A DNA stretch of 64,000 nucleotides from NCBI GenBank assembly GCA_038060895.1, contig JBBTCT010000011.1:1-64000 (forward strand). The letters run 5' to 3'. The notes beneath the pieces were generated by a model, which did not search any database, had not been told where the DNA came from, and worked only from the letters and a program-made list of their open reading frames with translations. The translations under genes were made by a program, and so were the position numbers. This DNA is from Planctomycetota bacterium. Its GTDB lineage: Bacteria; Planctomycetota; MHYJ01; WSZJ01. Of this stretch, positions 1 to 12,100 are shown piece by piece. Numbering within the stretch: the stretch's first letter is position 1; every line of letters starts with the position of its first letter.

Positions 1-823
1 AGGCGGCGATCTCATGCCCGACATGCGTGCCGAAACCGGTGTTGTGCCAGGAAAGCATGCTTTCGATGACCGAGTCGTCGATCGCGCCCTCTTCCTGCAG
101 CATCGCGAGCACCTTGTGGCGGAAGAGCTGCTCGATCTCCTGCTTCGAGGGAACGTCAATCACCGGCACGAACGCGCCGTCGGGCCGAAACACGCCCCAG
201 GAAACGAGCATGTGGACGTGGGGGTGCCAGTCGAGAAGGTTACCGTACGTCTGGAGGCACGCAACGCCGCCGGGCACGGCGCCCGCGTCCCACGCCGCGG
301 TCTGAAGGAGGGCCTTGACGGTTTCCCACGCGGCCCGCGCGAGCTTCGGCAGACGGCTTCGATCGCGGCGAAAGAACGGACGCAGGCGGCGAGGAACCGA
401 CAGCACCACGTGCCGGTGCGGGACTTTCTCCATCAGCTCCGTCGCCACGAATTCCCCGAACTGCACCTGTCGCTTCTTCTGGCACGACGGGCAGAGGCAG
501 CGGCTCTTGCATGAATGCGCCAGAAGGTACTCGTCCCCGCACTCGGGGCAGCGGATGCGCGCGAAACCGTAGTCCAGGATCCCGCACTTCAGGAACTTCT
601 TCGTCGCCCGCGGCACCACCGGGCGCAGTGGGCCGTGCGATTCGGCGAAACGGTCGTCGTAGACCGCCAGGAAATCTTCGAATCGGTCCTTGAGCATCCG
701 CCAAAGCGGCGACTCCCGCGGACGCCGGGCGCGGTAGACCCCTCGCGGCGACCCCGGCGCCGGCCGGGGACACTTCGCCTCGTCTACCGCTTTCGGACCG
801 GACCGCTTCCCTTTGCGCTTCAC
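1..823 (-). mobile_element. IS91-family rolling-circle (Y2/HUH) transposase, N-terminal part; runs off the left edge
   Basis: Not in the ORF track. Manual translation from GTG 823 gives ...VYRARRPRESPLW...FLKCGILDYGFARIRCPECGDEYLLAHSCKSRCLCPSCQKKR (IS91 Zn-binding domain), VPHRHVVLSVP and QTYGNLLDWHPHVHMLV (HUH motif). No stop before position 1. Confidence 0.9.
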
Positions 824-896
824 TCATGCAGATGATCCGGTTGGGGAGTGGTGAAATGCAATACACCCCCCGGGAGGCACGGACGGAGCCGGGGAA

Positions 897-926
897 TTGA
901 CATCGGAGTGCGTTTCGTCGTAAGGT
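897..926 (+). promoter_or_regulatory. sigma70-type promoter of the 933 ORF, probably leaderless
   Basis: TTGACA (897-902), 18 bp, TAAGGT (921-926), 6 bp, ATG 933; no SD sequence. Confidence 0.6.
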
Positions 927-932
927 CCGGTC

Positions 933-1241
933 ATGCCGAACACGAACGGTCATCCGATCACGCGCAGGGACCTGCGCGAAGAGTTGAAGAAGTTCGCCAC
1001 GCAGGAAAGCCTGGACCGCACACAACACAGCCTGGACCGCACGCAGGAGAGCGTGAGCCGCGTGGCGCGGGAGGTCGGCCGACTCAACGCGCGGGTGAGT
1101 TCCATCGAAGAGCAAATGATGACGCGGAAGGACTTCGACAAGATCATGAAGGCCTTGGACGGCCTGGCCACGTCCTCCCGGCAGAGTTGGGCGAAGCTTC
1201 TGGTTCACGAACAGCGCATCAAGGCCCTGGAAGATCGTTAG
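933..1241 (+). CDS. small coiled-coil hypothetical protein
   Basis: 102 aa, amphipathic heptads with a tandem repeat SLDRTQH/SLDRTQE; has its own promoter; divergent from the transposase. Confidence 0.7.
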   Translation: MPNTNGHPITRRDLREELKKFATQESLDRTQHSLDRTQESVSRVAREVGRLNARVSSIEEQMMTRKDFDKIMKALDGLATSSRQSWAKLLVHEQRIKALEDR

Positions 1242-1403
1242 CCGGAGGGGGGGCCTCCCGGCGCTGCCTGCGGCGCGTGCCGTTCGTGGCCGGACACTCC
1301 AAACCATAGGTACTTCGAATCCGCTCTTCACGCCGGCAGTGCGGATGAATCCGGCTCTGCAGCCTCTACTCTTCGTGACCTCCGTGTAACCGGGCGCGGC
1401 GGG

Positions 1404-2417
1404 CTATTCAGCAACCGCCCTGTTCCTCCCGCCCTGCTTCGCCTTCGTCTCCGCGTCGTCCATCCGCGCGATGATCCGCTCCGGCTCTTCGCCGTTCTGG
1501 TAGGTCGTGACGCCGAGGCTGACGGTCACTTTCAGCCCTTCCGGCAGAGAGATGTGCTTCCACTGCTCGATGGCGACGCGCGCGCGCTCGGCGAAGACCA
1601 TGCCGCCGGCGGCGTCGGTTTCGGGGAGGAGGATGCCGAATTCGTCGCCGCCGATGCGGAAGAGGTGGTCGGGGGTCCGGAGGAGGCCGCGGAGGAGGGC
1701 GGACAGGTTGCGCAGGACGACGTCCCCGGCGCGGTCGCCGTGGGTCGCGTTCAGGTTGCGCATGTTGTCGACGTCGAGGCCGATGACGGAAAGCGGGCTG
1801 CCGTAGCGCAGGGAGCGAGCCGTTTCAACACGGAGGACGTTTTCGAAGGAGCGGCGGTTGCCGACCTGCGTCAGGCTGTCGGTGAGGATGAGCTGGGCCA
1901 TGCGGCGGCGCTGGATTTCGGCGGACATGAGAGCCGCCAGCAGTTCCACGAGGTCCGCGTCGTCGGGCGTGAACGCGCGCGCGAGGCTGTGCACGTTGAA
2001 GACGCCGGCGCACAGGCTCATCGCGTACAGCGGCGCCGCGATGATCGCCTTGATCGGGTGATTCGCGTCCAGGCCCGGTACGAAGCGCGGGTCGTTGGTG
2101 GGATCGTTGACGATCGCGGGCTGCAGCTTGGCCGCTACCCAGCCGGCCAGGCCCTCGCCCCCCTTGAAGCGCAAGCGCTGCCCCTTCTCATCAAGCCCGC
2201 GCTGCGCGACGGTGATGAGGTCGCGGCGATCCTGGTCGAACAGCATGATCGACAGGCAGGTGTCGGGAAGAACGGGCGCGACGGCCTCAAGCATGCCGTT
2301 GAGCGACTCCGGAAGGCCGGGCGCGGACAGGCCGGCGCGGCCGATCTCGCGGAAGGCGCGGACCAGGTCGTTCGTGCCTGAAGCGACGCCGGTCATCGGT
2401 GACTCCCCGGGGCTCAT
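1404..2417 (-). CDS. GAF-GGDEF diguanylate cyclase
   Basis: GAF segment (GEGLAGWVA...DPRF), [15 protein letters not shown]-site, RIGGDEF. Start either 2417 (ATGA overlap with the aconitase stop) or 2396. Confidence 0.93.
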   Translation of the reverse strand: MSPGESPMTGVASGTNDLVRAFREIGRAGLSAPGLPESLNGMLEAVAPVLPDTCLSIMLFDQDRRDLITVAQRGLDEKGQRLRFKGGEGLAGWVAAKLQPAIVNDPTNDPRFVPGLDANHPIKAIIAAPLYAMSLCAGVFNVHSLARAFTPDDADLVELLAALMSAEIQRRRMAQLILTDSLTQVGNRRSFENVLRVETARSLRYGSPLSVIGLDVDNMRNLNATHGDRAGDVVLRNLSALLRGLLRTPDHLFRIGGDEFGILLPETDAAGGMVFAERARVAIEQWKHISLPEGLKVTVSLGVTTYQNGEEPERIIARMDDAETKAKQGGRNRAVAE

Positions 2418-4699
2418 CGAGTCCGCAGGATGTTCAGGGCAGAACCGGCCTTGAACCAGGCGATCTGTTCGTCGTTGAACGCGTGCTTCGCCTCGAATTC
2501 TTCCGTGTTCCCGTCGGCGTGGTGCAGTTTCACCGTCACCGGCTTCCCGACCGCCAGCGACCCGAGGCCGCCGATCGTGATGCGGTCCCCTTCCTGCACC
2601 TTGTCATAGTCCGCCGTGTTCGCAAATGTCAGCGGCAGCATTCCCTGCTTTTTCAGATTGGTCTCGTGAATGCGCGCGAAGCTCTTCACCAGGATCGCCG
2701 CCCCGCCCAGCAGCCGCGGGCTCATCGCCGCGTGCTCGCGGCTCGACCCCTCGCCGTAATTCTGGTCGCCGACGACAACCCAGCGCAGCCCCTTCGCCTT
2801 GTAGTCGCGCGCCACTTTCGGGATCGACACGCCCTTTTCTCCCGTCACCTGGTTCACCGTCGTCCCAGGCGCTCCCGTGAACGCATTGATCGCGCCCAGG
2901 TACATGTTGTCGCTGATCTTGTCGAGGTGGCCGCGGAAGCGCAGCCAGACGCCGGCCTGGGAGATGTGGTCGGTGGTGCACTTCCCCTTTGCCTTGAGGA
3001 GAAGCGGGCATTTCTCGAAGTCCTTGCCGTCCCACTTTTGAAACGGCGCAAGGATCTGGAGTCTGTCGGAGTCCGGAGCGACCTTGACCTCCACCTTCGC
3101 GGCGTCCTCGTCGGGGACGATGTAGCCCGTGAGATTTCGCACGAACCCGTTGGGCGGAAGTTCGGGGGCCTTCTTCGGAGGCGTGAGCTTCCACTCCTTC
3201 CCGTCCTTGCCGATGATCGGATCCGTCATCGGGTTGAACGACATGCGCCCACCGACGGACATCGCCACCACCAGCTCCGGGCTTGCGATGAACGCCATCG
3301 TCTCCGCGAAGCCGTCGTTGCGCTTCGGGAAATTCCGGTTGTACGACGTCAGGATCGAGTTCTTCTTCGTGGTCTTGGCCGAAGCGTCGATGTCGGCGCG
3401 CTTCCATTGGCCGATGCACGGGCCGCAGGCGTTTGCGAGGACAGTGGCGCCGATCTTGTTCAGGCGGTCCATGAGGCCGTCGCGCTCGATTGTCGCGCGG
3501 ATCTGCTCGGAACCGGGCGTGACCATGAGCGGAGACGCTGCCTTGGCGCCGTGCGCGATCGCCTGGTCGGCGACGTCGGCAGCGCGGGCGATGTCCTCGT
3601 ACGAAGAATTGGTGCAGGAGCCGATCAGCGAGAACGAGATCGAGTCCGGGTAGCCTTCCTTCCGGACCGCTTCCGCCATCTTCGAGACCGGCCGCGCAAG
3701 GTCAGGCGTGTGGGGCCCGACGACGTGCGGCTCGAGCTTCGAGAGGTCGAGTTCGAGCACCTTGTGGAAGTACTTTTCCGGCTTGCGCTCGACGTCGTCG
3801 TCGGCGCGCAGCATCTCGGCGTTTTTCTTCGCGAGGTCCGCGAGGCCGCTCCGATTTGTCGCGCGGAGGTACGCGTCCATCCGCTCGTCGAACGGAAATA
3901 TCGAGGTCGTCGCGCCCAGCTCGGCGCCCATGTTGGTGATAGTTCCCTTGCCGGTGCACGACAGCGACTTCACGCCGGGGCCGAAATACTCGACGACATT
4001 GTTCGTGCCGCCTTCGCACGTGAGCTGGCCGCAGACCCAGAGAATGACGTCCTTCGGCGCCGCCCAGCCGCTCAATTCACCTGTCAGCCGCACGCCGACG
4101 AAGCGCGGATGCAGCACTTCCCACGGGAACCCCGCCATCACGTCCACCGCGTCCGCGCCGCCGACGCCGCAGGCGAACATCCCGAGCCCGCCCGCGTTCG
4201 GCGTGTGCGAGTCCGTCCCGATCATCAGCCCGCCCGGGAACGCGTAATTCTCCAGGATCACCTGGTGGATGATCCCGCTTCCCGGCGCCCAGAACCCGAT
4301 CCCGTACTTCGCGGAGACCGTCTTCAGGAATTCGTACACCTCGTGGTTTTCTCTTTCCGCCGTCGCGAGGTCCGCCGTCGCCCCGCTGAACGCCCGGATC
4401 AGGTGGTCGCAGTGCACCGTCGTCGGCGCGGCGACGCTGTCCTTGCCCGCGCTCATGAACTGCAGAAGCGCCATCTGCGCCGTCGCGTCCTGCATCGCGA
4501 CGCGGTCGGGGTTCAGCAGCACGTACGACTCCCCCGCCTTGATCTCCGCCTTCTCCGCGTCGTGCAGGTGCCCGTAAAACACCTTTTCCGCAAACGTCAG
4601 CGGACGCCCCAGCCGGCGCTTCACCGCCTCGATATTCTTCCGGACCTTTTCATAAACGCCGAAGACAAATCCCGGCGTGGATTCAATGACGCGGGTCAT
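2414..4699 (-). CDS. acn: aconitate hydratase (mitochondrial-type)
   Basis: [60 protein letters not shown]; RBS AAGGAAAGGAG before ATG 4699. Confidence 0.96.
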   Translation of the reverse strand: MTRVIESTPGFVFGVYEKVRKNIEAVKRRLGRPLTFAEKVFYGHLHDAEKAEIKAGESYVLLNPDRVAMQDATAQMALLQFMSAGKDSVAAPTTVHCDHLIRAFSGATADLATAERENHEVYEFLKTVSAKYGIGFWAPGSGIIHQVILENYAFPGGLMIGTDSHTPNAGGLGMFACGVGGADAVDVMAGFPWEVLHPRFVGVRLTGELSGWAAPKDVILWVCGQLTCEGGTNNVVEYFGPGVKSLSCTGKGTITNMGAELGATTSIFPFDERMDAYLRATNRSGLADLAKKNAEMLRADDDVERKPEKYFHKVLELDLSKLEPHVVGPHTPDLARPVSKMAEAVRKEGYPDSISFSLIGSCTNSSYEDIARAADVADQAIAHGAKAASPLMVTPGSEQIRATIERDGLMDRLNKIGATVLANACGPCIGQWKRADIDASAKTTKKNSILTSYNRNFPKRNDGFAETMAFIASPELVVAMSVGGRMSFNPMTDPIIGKDGKEWKLTPPKKAPELPPNGFVRNLTGYIVPDEDAAKVEVKVAPDSDRLQILAPFQKWDGKDFEKCPLLLKAKGKCTTDHISQAGVWLRFRGHLDKISDNMYLGAINAFTGAPGTTVNQVTGEKGVSIPKVARDYKAKGLRWVVVGDQNYGEGSSREHAAMSPRLLGGAAILVKSFARIHETNLKKQGMLPLTFANTADYDKVQEGDRITIGGLGSLAVGKPVTVKLHHADGNTEEFEAKHAFNDEQIAWFKAGSALNILRTR

Positions 4700-4832
4700 G
4701 GTGAATGGCTCCTTTCCTTGAAGCCTCATTGGACCAAAAGGAAGTTCGGTCGTGAAGGACTGGGCGCGCCCGCGATTTGCATCCGTGAATCGCTTCACTC
4801 GGGGATGGGCGCAGCAGGGAGCGGAGATGGAG

Positions 4833-5903
4833 ATGCGGAAGAGCTGCCGGCACGTGTCGGCGCTGGCGCTGCTTTTCGGCGTCACGCTGGGGAATTCTGC
4901 GCAAGCTCACGAAAAATGGCTCATTCCGGGGCCGGAGGTGAAGCGGCTCGCCGGAGAGGAGTTGCCCGGGCCGTTCCGAAGTTTCTGGCCGGAGATCGCG
5001 ATGGCGTTGGGGGCCGCAGCAGCGCTGTTCGGCGTGGCTGTCGCGGCCGACCGGGTTCTGCGCCGGCGGAAAGTTGGAGAAGCGGCCTGCCGACGGCTTC
5101 TCGGATTCAGAAAAGTCGCGCCGCCGATCATCGGATTCGCGGTGGGGGCGGTCCTGATCGCCGCCGGTGCGACTCGGACGTTCCTCGCCCCGGATCTCCA
5201 CCTCTCGGATGTCTCGCCTGCCGCCTTAGCGACCGGGCTGGCCGCGGCACAGATCGCCATCGGCTCCTGCTTCGTCGCGGGACTCTACACGCGCCCGGCC
5301 GCCGTGGCCCTCCTCATCCTCTGGGCCCCCGGCGCCGCGCTGTTCGGCTTCCGTGCATGGATCGACTACGTCGACTTCGCCGGCTTCGCGACGTTCCTCG
5401 CGCTGTGCGGGCGCGGCGCCCTCTCGCTCGACGCCCTCCGTGGCTGTCCCGCGCCCTCGTCTGCCGCCCAGCGCACCTCCGTCGCGGCGCTTCGCCTCGC
5501 GCTGGGCGCCAACCTCGCGATTCTCGCCCTGAACGACAAGCTCATGAATCCCCTCGTGAGCATGAGGCTCGTCGCCGACTACCATCTCAACTTCACGCGC
5601 TTCTTCGGCCCGCTCGCCTTCCCCGACGACCGCTTCGTCCTCGCCGCGTTTGCCGTGGAACTCGCGGTGGGCCTCATCGTCGCCCTCGGCGCGATGACCC
5701 GGCTCGTCTCCGTCGTCGTGTTCGTTCTCCTGACGAACACCTACTTCATCTTCGGATTCCAGGAACTGCTCGGCCACCTCCCGATCCTCGCCAGCGGCGT
5801 GGCGCTCCTCTTCATGGGCACAGGGGGTAGGTGGCGCATCGCGGGAAATGCTGAACGTATGGGCATGGCGGAAGAGCAGCCTTTTATCGCTACCACGCCG
5901 TGA
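4833..5903 (+). CDS. DoxX-like multi-pass membrane protein
   Basis: Signal-like N-terminus, HEKW motif, about 9 hydrophobic segments with a repeated GLxTRxxA-like DoxX pattern and ELLGHLPI; start inferred. Confidence 0.7.
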   Translation: MRKSCRHVSALALLFGVTLGNSAQAHEKWLIPGPEVKRLAGEELPGPFRSFWPEIAMALGAAAALFGVAVAADRVLRRRKVGEAACRRLLGFRKVAPPIIGFAVGAVLIAAGATRTFLAPDLHLSDVSPAALATGLAAAQIAIGSCFVAGLYTRPAAVALLILWAPGAALFGFRAWIDYVDFAGFATFLALCGRGALSLDALRGCPAPSSAAQRTSVAALRLALGANLAILALNDKLMNPLVSMRLVADYHLNFTRFFGPLAFPDDRFVLAAFAVELAVGLIVALGAMTRLVSVVVFVLLTNTYFIFGFQELLGHLPILASGVALLFMGTGGRWRIAGNAERMGMAEEQPFIATTP

Positions 5904-6579
5904 CCTGGCGTTCGCGGTAGAAGCCGCCCGTGGGGCCGTTCGCGGGAAGCGTCGCGAGCCAGACGATCGTGTCCGCCCCCTGCTCCGGAGTCAGGGGCGC
6001 GCCGGCGCCTCCCATGCGGGTCTGCACCCAACCTGGACACATGGAATTGACCTTCACGTGCGGCCCCGCCTCGGCCGAGAGTTTTACCGTCAGGGCGTTC
6101 AGCGCCGCCTTGGTCACCGCGTACGCCGGGGGGCCCTGCATCGCCTCCGCAAATGCGCCGTATCCTGAGGACACGTTCACGACGCGGCCATACCCCGCCT
6201 TTGCCATCGGCGGCATCAGCGCACGGCACAGCGCCAGGGCTCCCATCACATGGACTTCCCAGGCTTCCCGGAACTCCGCGTCGCTGTCGCCGAGCGCTTC
6301 CACCGTCGGGTAGACGCCAGCGTTGTTCACCAGGACGTCCACGTGGATTTTCTCGGCCTTCATGAAGCGGAGACAGTTCGCGATGCTCTCGGGCTTCCCG
6401 ACGTCGAGCGCAACAGCCCGAAAATGCGCCCCGGTGTCGCGCAGGGAGCGCGCCGCTTCCTCGCCCGCGGCCGCGTCACGGCTCGCCAGCACGACGTCGA
6501 GCCCGGCGTTCGCCATGCCACGGCATGCGGCAAGACCGATGCCGCGGTTGCCGCCTGAGACGAGGGCGATCCTGCGCAT
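5890..6579 (-). CDS. SDR family NAD(P)-dependent oxidoreductase (carbonyl reductase-like)
   Basis: SGGNRGIG, VLVNNAGV, NVSSGYG, YAVTKAALN, CPGWVQTRMGG. Confidence 0.93.
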   Translation of the reverse strand: MRRIALVSGGNRGIGLAACRGMANAGLDVVLASRDAAAGEEAARSLRDTGAHFRAVALDVGKPESIANCLRFMKAEKIHVDVLVNNAGVYPTVEALGDSDAEFREAWEVHVMGALALCRALMPPMAKAGYGRVVNVSSGYGAFAEAMQGPPAYAVTKAALNALTVKLSAEAGPHVKVNSMCPGWVQTRMGGAGAPLTPEQGADTIVWLATLPANGPTGGFYRERQVTAW

Positions 6580-6581
6580 GG

Positions 6582-7676
6582 CTACTTCAGATCCTTTTCC
6601 AGCCGCTTCTCGATGTCCTCGAGCGATCCCTTCGCCTGAAGCTTCCCCTCGGTGTCGAGAAGCACGACGAACGGAAAGACGCCAGGTCCCCACTCATCCA
6701 CCGTGCTCGGAGACTGCGCGTCGATCACGACCGGGAACGGCAGGCCCAGGACGTCCCACTTCATGTCGTCCTGCTTCACGAGAAAATCCTGCAGGTCTTT
6801 CGACGAATCGGCGTCCTTGTTGTGAAACGCGACGATCTGGAGGCGGTCCTTCCACGCCGCGTGCTTGTCGTGAAATTTGACCAGGTTCGGGATGCCCCAG
6901 CCGCGGCAGGAAGCGCAGCCTTCGCGCCAGAACAGAATCATGAGGTGCTTGCCGCGAAGGCTCGCGAGCTTCGCATCCTTCGGAAGCCCGATGGCGTCGG
7001 CGATGTGCCACTCAGGCATGAGCTGCCCCAATCTGGAGGCGAGAAGCGACGGAGTGAGCACGACTTCGGGGGGGGAGAATTCGGGCTTGTTCGTCGGGAC
7101 CGATATTTTTATTTCGAGCGGCTGCCAGCCCTCGTGCCGGAACTCCAGCTTGAAGCCGCCCGGCGGGAGCAGGATCGTCAGCGCCCCTTCCGTCGTCGTC
7201 CCCGTCCCGATCCGTTCTGCCCCGTCCATCTTCACGCCGACCACGATCCCGGCCGTCGGGTAGGAGCCCTCCTTGCTGCACACCTTGATCTTCACCCGCA
7301 CCATCTGCTGCAACCGGAACGTCACCGGCTTCGCCAGGTCCCCCTGCTTGACCTCCATCCCTGCGGCCATCCTGTGAGCCTTGTCGACCGCGAAGAAGGT
7401 GATCTTGTCCTTGAACGGCATCGACTTCTCAAAACGTCCCTTCGCGTCCGCGATGATCGGGTCCTTCGCCGAGAAATTGTCGGCGTCGAGCCTCCACGAC
7501 CAGCCCGTGGCGATTTCGGCCCCGGCGGGTGAAGCGCTTCCCGCGTTGACGACGCCGGTGAAGAGTTTCTCGTTCTTGCCGCCTCCCCCAGGCGGGTTCT
7601 TGCGGGGCTCGGCCGGCGGGTCCCCGGCGGCGGCAATGAGCGCAGCGGCGAGCGAAATCAGCGCGAGGCGTTTCAT
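6582..7676 (-). CDS. exported TlpA/redoxin-family thiol-disulfide protein with N-terminal beta-sandwich domains
   Basis: Signal peptide [17 protein letters not shown]; C-terminal thioredoxin fold [18 protein letters not shown]...[12 protein letters not shown]. Confidence 0.75.
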   Translation of the reverse strand: MKRLALISLAAALIAAAGDPPAEPRKNPPGGGGKNEKLFTGVVNAGSASPAGAEIATGWSWRLDADNFSAKDPIIADAKGRFEKSMPFKDKITFFAVDKAHRMAAGMEVKQGDLAKPVTFRLQQMVRVKIKVCSKEGSYPTAGIVVGVKMDGAERIGTGTTTEGALTILLPPGGFKLEFRHEGWQPLEIKISVPTNKPEFSPPEVVLTPSLLASRLGQLMPEWHIADAIGLPKDAKLASLRGKHLMILFWREGCASCRGWGIPNLVKFHDKHAAWKDRLQIVAFHNKDADSSKDLQDFLVKQDDMKWDVLGLPFPVVIDAQSPSTVDEWGPGVFPFVVLLDTEGKLQAKGSLEDIEKRLEKDLK

Positions 7677-7817
7677 GGTGTCCTCCGGAAGTGGGGGCAT
7701 CTTAGCGAACGGAGTGTCTCCCGTTCCACCTCAGGACGGCGTCCACCCGGATTCGTTACGCCGACGCCAGGTGGCCCATTCCTTGCCGTCCTCACGCGCC
7801 GTGGTAAAAATCTCCGC

Positions 7818-8810
7818 ATGAAAACACCCCTCCGCGTTGCCGTAACCGGCGCCGCCGGCCAGATCGGTTACTCCCTGCTATTCCGCATCGCGTCCGGCTC
7901 GATGTTCGGCGCCGACCAGCCGCTGATCCTGCAGCTCATTGAAGCGCCGATCGAGAAGGCAATGCAGGCGCTTCAGGGAGTCGCGATGGAGCTCGAAGAC
8001 TGCGCGTTCCCGCTTCTCAAAGGGATGGTCCTGACCGACAACCCCGAAACCGGCTTCAAGGACGCGAACTGGTGCCTGCTCGTCGGCGCCAAGCCGCGCG
8101 GGCCGGGCATGGAGCGCGCGGACCTGCTGAAGGACAACGGGAAGATCTTCATCGCGCAGGGCCAGGTGATCGACAGGGTGGCGGCGGACGACGCGCGCGT
8201 CGCGGTGGTCGGAAACCCCGCGAACACGAACTGCATGATTGCGGCGAGCCAGGCGAAGAGGCTGACTCCGGATCGCTTCACGGCCATGGTGCGCCTCGAC
8301 CAGAACCGCGCGCAGGCGCAGCTGGCGAAGAAGTCCGGCAAGGACCTGACGGACGTGAAGGGCATTTTCATCTACGGGAACCACAGCCCGACGATGTTCC
8401 CGGCCTACCAGCACGCGACGATCGGCGGGAAGCCGGCGGCGTCGGTCATCAACGATGCGGCCTGGCTGCAGGGCGCGTTCTGCGAGACGGTCGGAAAGCG
8501 CGGCGCGGCGATCATCGCGGCGCGCGGCCTGTCGTCGGCGGCTTCGGCGGCGAACGCGCTGGTGGACCACGTGCACGACCTCATGACGCCGGGCGCGGTG
8601 CACTCGGTCGCAGTGAAGTCCGACGGCCGCTACGGCTTCGACCCGAACGTCTGGGCCGGCATGCCGGTGCGCACCACGAAGCCGGGTTCCTGCGAGGTCC
8701 TCACGGACTTCGCGATGGACGAATTCGGGAAGTCGAAGATCGCGGCGACGAACAAGGAACTCGTCGAGGAACGCGCGATGGTGGCGGACATGCTGAAACA
8801 GGGGTCGTAG
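7818..8810 (+). CDS. mdh: malate dehydrogenase
   Basis: [56 protein letters not shown]. Confidence 0.97.
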   Translation: MKTPLRVAVTGAAGQIGYSLLFRIASGSMFGADQPLILQLIEAPIEKAMQALQGVAMELEDCAFPLLKGMVLTDNPETGFKDANWCLLVGAKPRGPGMERADLLKDNGKIFIAQGQVIDRVAADDARVAVVGNPANTNCMIAASQAKRLTPDRFTAMVRLDQNRAQAQLAKKSGKDLTDVKGIFIYGNHSPTMFPAYQHATIGGKPAASVINDAAWLQGAFCETVGKRGAAIIAARGLSSAASAANALVDHVHDLMTPGAVHSVAVKSDGRYGFDPNVWAGMPVRTTKPGSCEVLTDFAMDEFGKSKIAATNKELVEERAMVADMLKQGS

Positions 8811-8971
8811 CCGAACTGGAAGCTCACGGCCGGCACAACGTGCGCCGCCCTTGGCCTTGCCTTCCTGGGGCTGAGTCTCCTCGTCGAAGGTCGATCCGTC
8901 CGCATCGTCATGAGAGTGTTGTTCTCAGCGCTGATCCTCCTGGCAATTCTGATATTCTCGCAGAGGTGAAC

Positions 8972-9112
8972 ATGAACGACCCGCGAGTCGGATTTGCCCT
9001 GGTCCTCTTCCTCATCATCGGTGGAGGTGGGCTTGCCCTGCTTGCCATCAAACTGGGCCTCTGGCTTGACGACCGCGCAGCGGCGCGAAGGGCCGCCGAA
9101 AATCGGCGATGA
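8972..9112 (+). CDS. small single-TM protein (46 aa)
   Basis: GAGGTG SD, then ATG; MNDPRVGFALVLFLIIGGGGLALLAIKLGLWLDDR..., a hydrophobic helix with a basic tail. Confidence 0.5.
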   Translation: MNDPRVGFALVLFLIIGGGGLALLAIKLGLWLDDRAAARRAAENRR

Positions 9113-9130
9113 GCCCGCCCCTGACGAGAC

Positions 9131-12100
9131 CTAGTTCTTGCCCCTCGCCCCCGTCGGATGCTTGTCGAATTCCGGCACCAGCGGCGGATTCTCCTTCAGC
9201 AACTGCGTGACCTCGGCGAGCCCGCGTTCCAGCTGCGGATCCTTCCCCGCCGCGTAGTCCTGCGGTCGGTTCTCGACCTCGACGTCGGGATCGGTGCCGT
9301 AGTTTTCGACGGCGTATCCGACGTCGTGGAACCAGAAGGAGAACTCGGGCTGGGTGGTGACGCAGCCGTCGACGAGGGCGTGGCGGGGCCAGATGCCGAC
9401 GACGCCGCCCCAGGTGCGCTTGCCGACGAGCGGGCCGAGTTTCATGAGCTTGAAGCAGTGGCTGAAGATGTCGCCGTCGGAGCCGGCGAATTCGTCGGTG
9501 AGGGCGACCATCGGGCCCATGGGGGCGTCGGACGGGTACGGTGACGGCGCGCCGTAGCGGTTGACGTCGTAGCCGAGCCGGCGGCGGGCAAGCTTTTCGA
9601 GCAGCAGCTGCGAGACGTGGCCGCCGCCGTTGTGACGCACATCGACCAGCAGGCCGTCGTGATCGACCTCGGCGAAGTAGTAGCGGTGGAACTCGGCGTA
9701 ACCGTCGGGCCCCATGTTCGGGATGTGCACGTAACCGACCTTGCCGCCGGAATTCTTGTGCACCCACGCGCGGTTGGACTCGACCCAGGCGCGGTACCGA
9801 AGCGGGATCTCGGACCGCAAAGTCTTGATCGCCACGGTGCGTTTCTTCTTCTTTGCATCCTCGAGCATGATCTCGACCTCGTGACCGGCGCGGTGCTGCA
9901 GCAGCTCTCCCGGCGCGTGGCCGTTCAGGTCGCGGCCCGCGATCTCGAGGATCTTGTCCCCCGCCTTCGCGTTCACGCCGGGCCGCGCGAGCGGTGAATC
10001 ATGCTCCGTGTCCCACGAATCGCCCCGGACGATGTGGCCGATGCGCCACTTCCCGTCCTTCCCTTTCGCCAGGTCCGCACCGAGCAACCCGAGGCGCCAC
10101 TGCGGCGGCCAGCGGTAGTCGCCGCCAATCTCGTAGCAGTGCGACGTGCACAGCTCGCCCTGCATCTCCCAGATCAGGTCGGACAGCTCGCTGCGCGTGC
10201 CGGCGCGATCCAGAAGCGGCCGGTAGCGCGCGTAGACGCCCTTCCAGTCCATCCCCGCCATGTCGGCGCGCCAGAACTGGTCGCGCTGGAGGCGCCAGGC
10301 CTCTCGGAGCATCTGCTCCCATTCGACCGACGGCGTGACGGAAAGGCGGAGGCGCGAGAGCTCGAGCCAGCCGGAATCGCGGCCAGGCGCGTCGTCCTCG
10401 TTGCGCGGCTTTTCGTCGGCGCCCACGATCCGAAGCCTGTTGCCGCTTCGCACCACGAAGGTCCGCAAGTCGCCCGCGATGCGCACGTCGGTGACGCCGC
10501 CGCACCACGTCTCGGGTTTGCCCTTGTCGTAGTCCCAGATCTCGAGCGTGCCGCGCGCGGGCGGATCCCCGCCCTGCGACCAGTGCTGGTCGAGCGAGCC
10601 CATCACCGGGAAGTTCGTGTAGGCGACCTTGCCGCGCATGCCGTGGATCGAGCCGTAGCGCCCTTCGGGCACAGCGAACGCCACGACCCGGCCGGAGATG
10701 CCGTCGAAATCGATCTCGACCGGAACCGGCCCCTTCTTCTCTTTCTTCACGTCCTGCACCCGCCGATTCCAGCGGACGACCGGCTTCGGGGTCGGGAGGA
10801 AGGGCGAGCCCTGGTCCTTCTTGAGGGTGACGAGGTGCGGGCGCGTGCCCTTCTGGAAGCCGAGGTCGAAATAGAAGGTGTCGTAGACCGGGTCGAGGAC
10901 GCGGTAGGACAGGAAGTAGAGGCACTTCCCCTCCGGGTCCCACGAAGGGCCGTAGTCGCGGAAGTCGCGCGACGTGACCTCGTGGACCTTGGCGGCCTTG
11001 ACTTCGGCGACGCGGATCTGGGAGGTCTGGCGCGTGGCGGCGAAGCCGTAGGCGATCCATTTCCCGTCGGGTGACCACGCGATGCCGGAGATGCGGTCGT
11101 ACTGGCTGCGGTCGAGCCGCTTCAGCTTTCCGTCCTTCAGGCTACAGACCCATAACTCCTGCCGCTGGTTCGTGAACGCAACGGCGTCCGTCGATGGCGA
11201 CGTTGCGAACTCGAGCACGCGCCCGATATCCTTCCCCTTCGTCAGCAGCTTCGCTTTCTCGCCGTCGCGCACGACCTGGATCGTCTCGTCTCCCGGCCCG
11301 TCGGTGACCCCGACGAACCCCTTGCCGTCCCGGAGGAAGCGCGTGTGCCGGGCGCGGGCGGTATCGTCGCCGGCGACCTGGCGGACGGGGCCTTCCCAGA
11401 AGGCCATCGAGAACGCGCGGCCGCGGGCGGTGACGCAGATCGAATGGCCCTCCGGGTGCAGGTGGGCGTCCTCGAGCCACCTCGACGCGTCGACGAATTT
11501 GCGCTGGCGTCCCGCGCGCGGCGAACCGAACTCGATCGCGACCTTCTTCGACTTGCGCGTGCGCGGATCGAAGACCCAGAGGTCGGCACCGCACTGGTAG
11601 ACGATGCGGCGGCCTTCGGTGTTGGCGAAGCGGACGTAGAAATCGCGATGATTCGTCTCGCGGCGGAGGCCTTCGCCTTTCGGCGTGCAGGACCAGAGGT
11701 TCCCGGTGCCGCTGTGGTCGCTCACGAAGTAAATCCGGTCGCCGACCCAGTGCGGCCAGGCGAGGTTGCCCTTGAGCGTGACGAGTCGCACAAACTGGCC
11801 GTCGCCCTTGAGGTCAATCCACAGGTCCCCGGTCGTCCCTCCCTTGTATCGCTTCCAGCGCGCCGGATCCCCCATGGACCGTCCGATGACGCGCGCGCCG
11901 CGCGGCCCCCAGCTCACCGCTTCGGCCGGCCCGAGATTCATCGCCTTCGGTTCGCCGCCTTCGGCGCCGACGGTCCACCCGTGCATCGGGCGGAAAAAGT
12001 GCTGGCCGGCGTTCGACGCGAACGCGACGGACTTTCCGTCGGGAGTCCAGCCGAGCGCGAGCGAATCGGCGCCCAGCCACGTGAGACGGCGGGCTTCGCC

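Noticed and set aside
14-835. Plus-strand ORFs 14-514 and 515-835, and minus ORF 240-1331
   Set aside because: Shadows of the IS91 transposase, whose frame is open to the window edge.
1310-1330. TTCGAATCC resembling a tRNA T-loop
   Set aside because: No acceptor, D or anticodon arms could be built around it.
2399-5830. 1143-aa plus-strand ORF and many other long antisense or alternate-frame ORFs (e.g. 23240-24781, 38706-40265, 43471-45309, 49149-50972)
   Set aside because: Shadow ORFs of high-GC genes: Arg/Pro/Gly-rich, no motifs, and they overlap clearly identified genes.
8808-8810. Genome-wide TAG reassignment (alternative genetic code)
   Set aside because: Other genes such as glyQS, groES, tricorn and hemY end at TAG at their expected C-termini.
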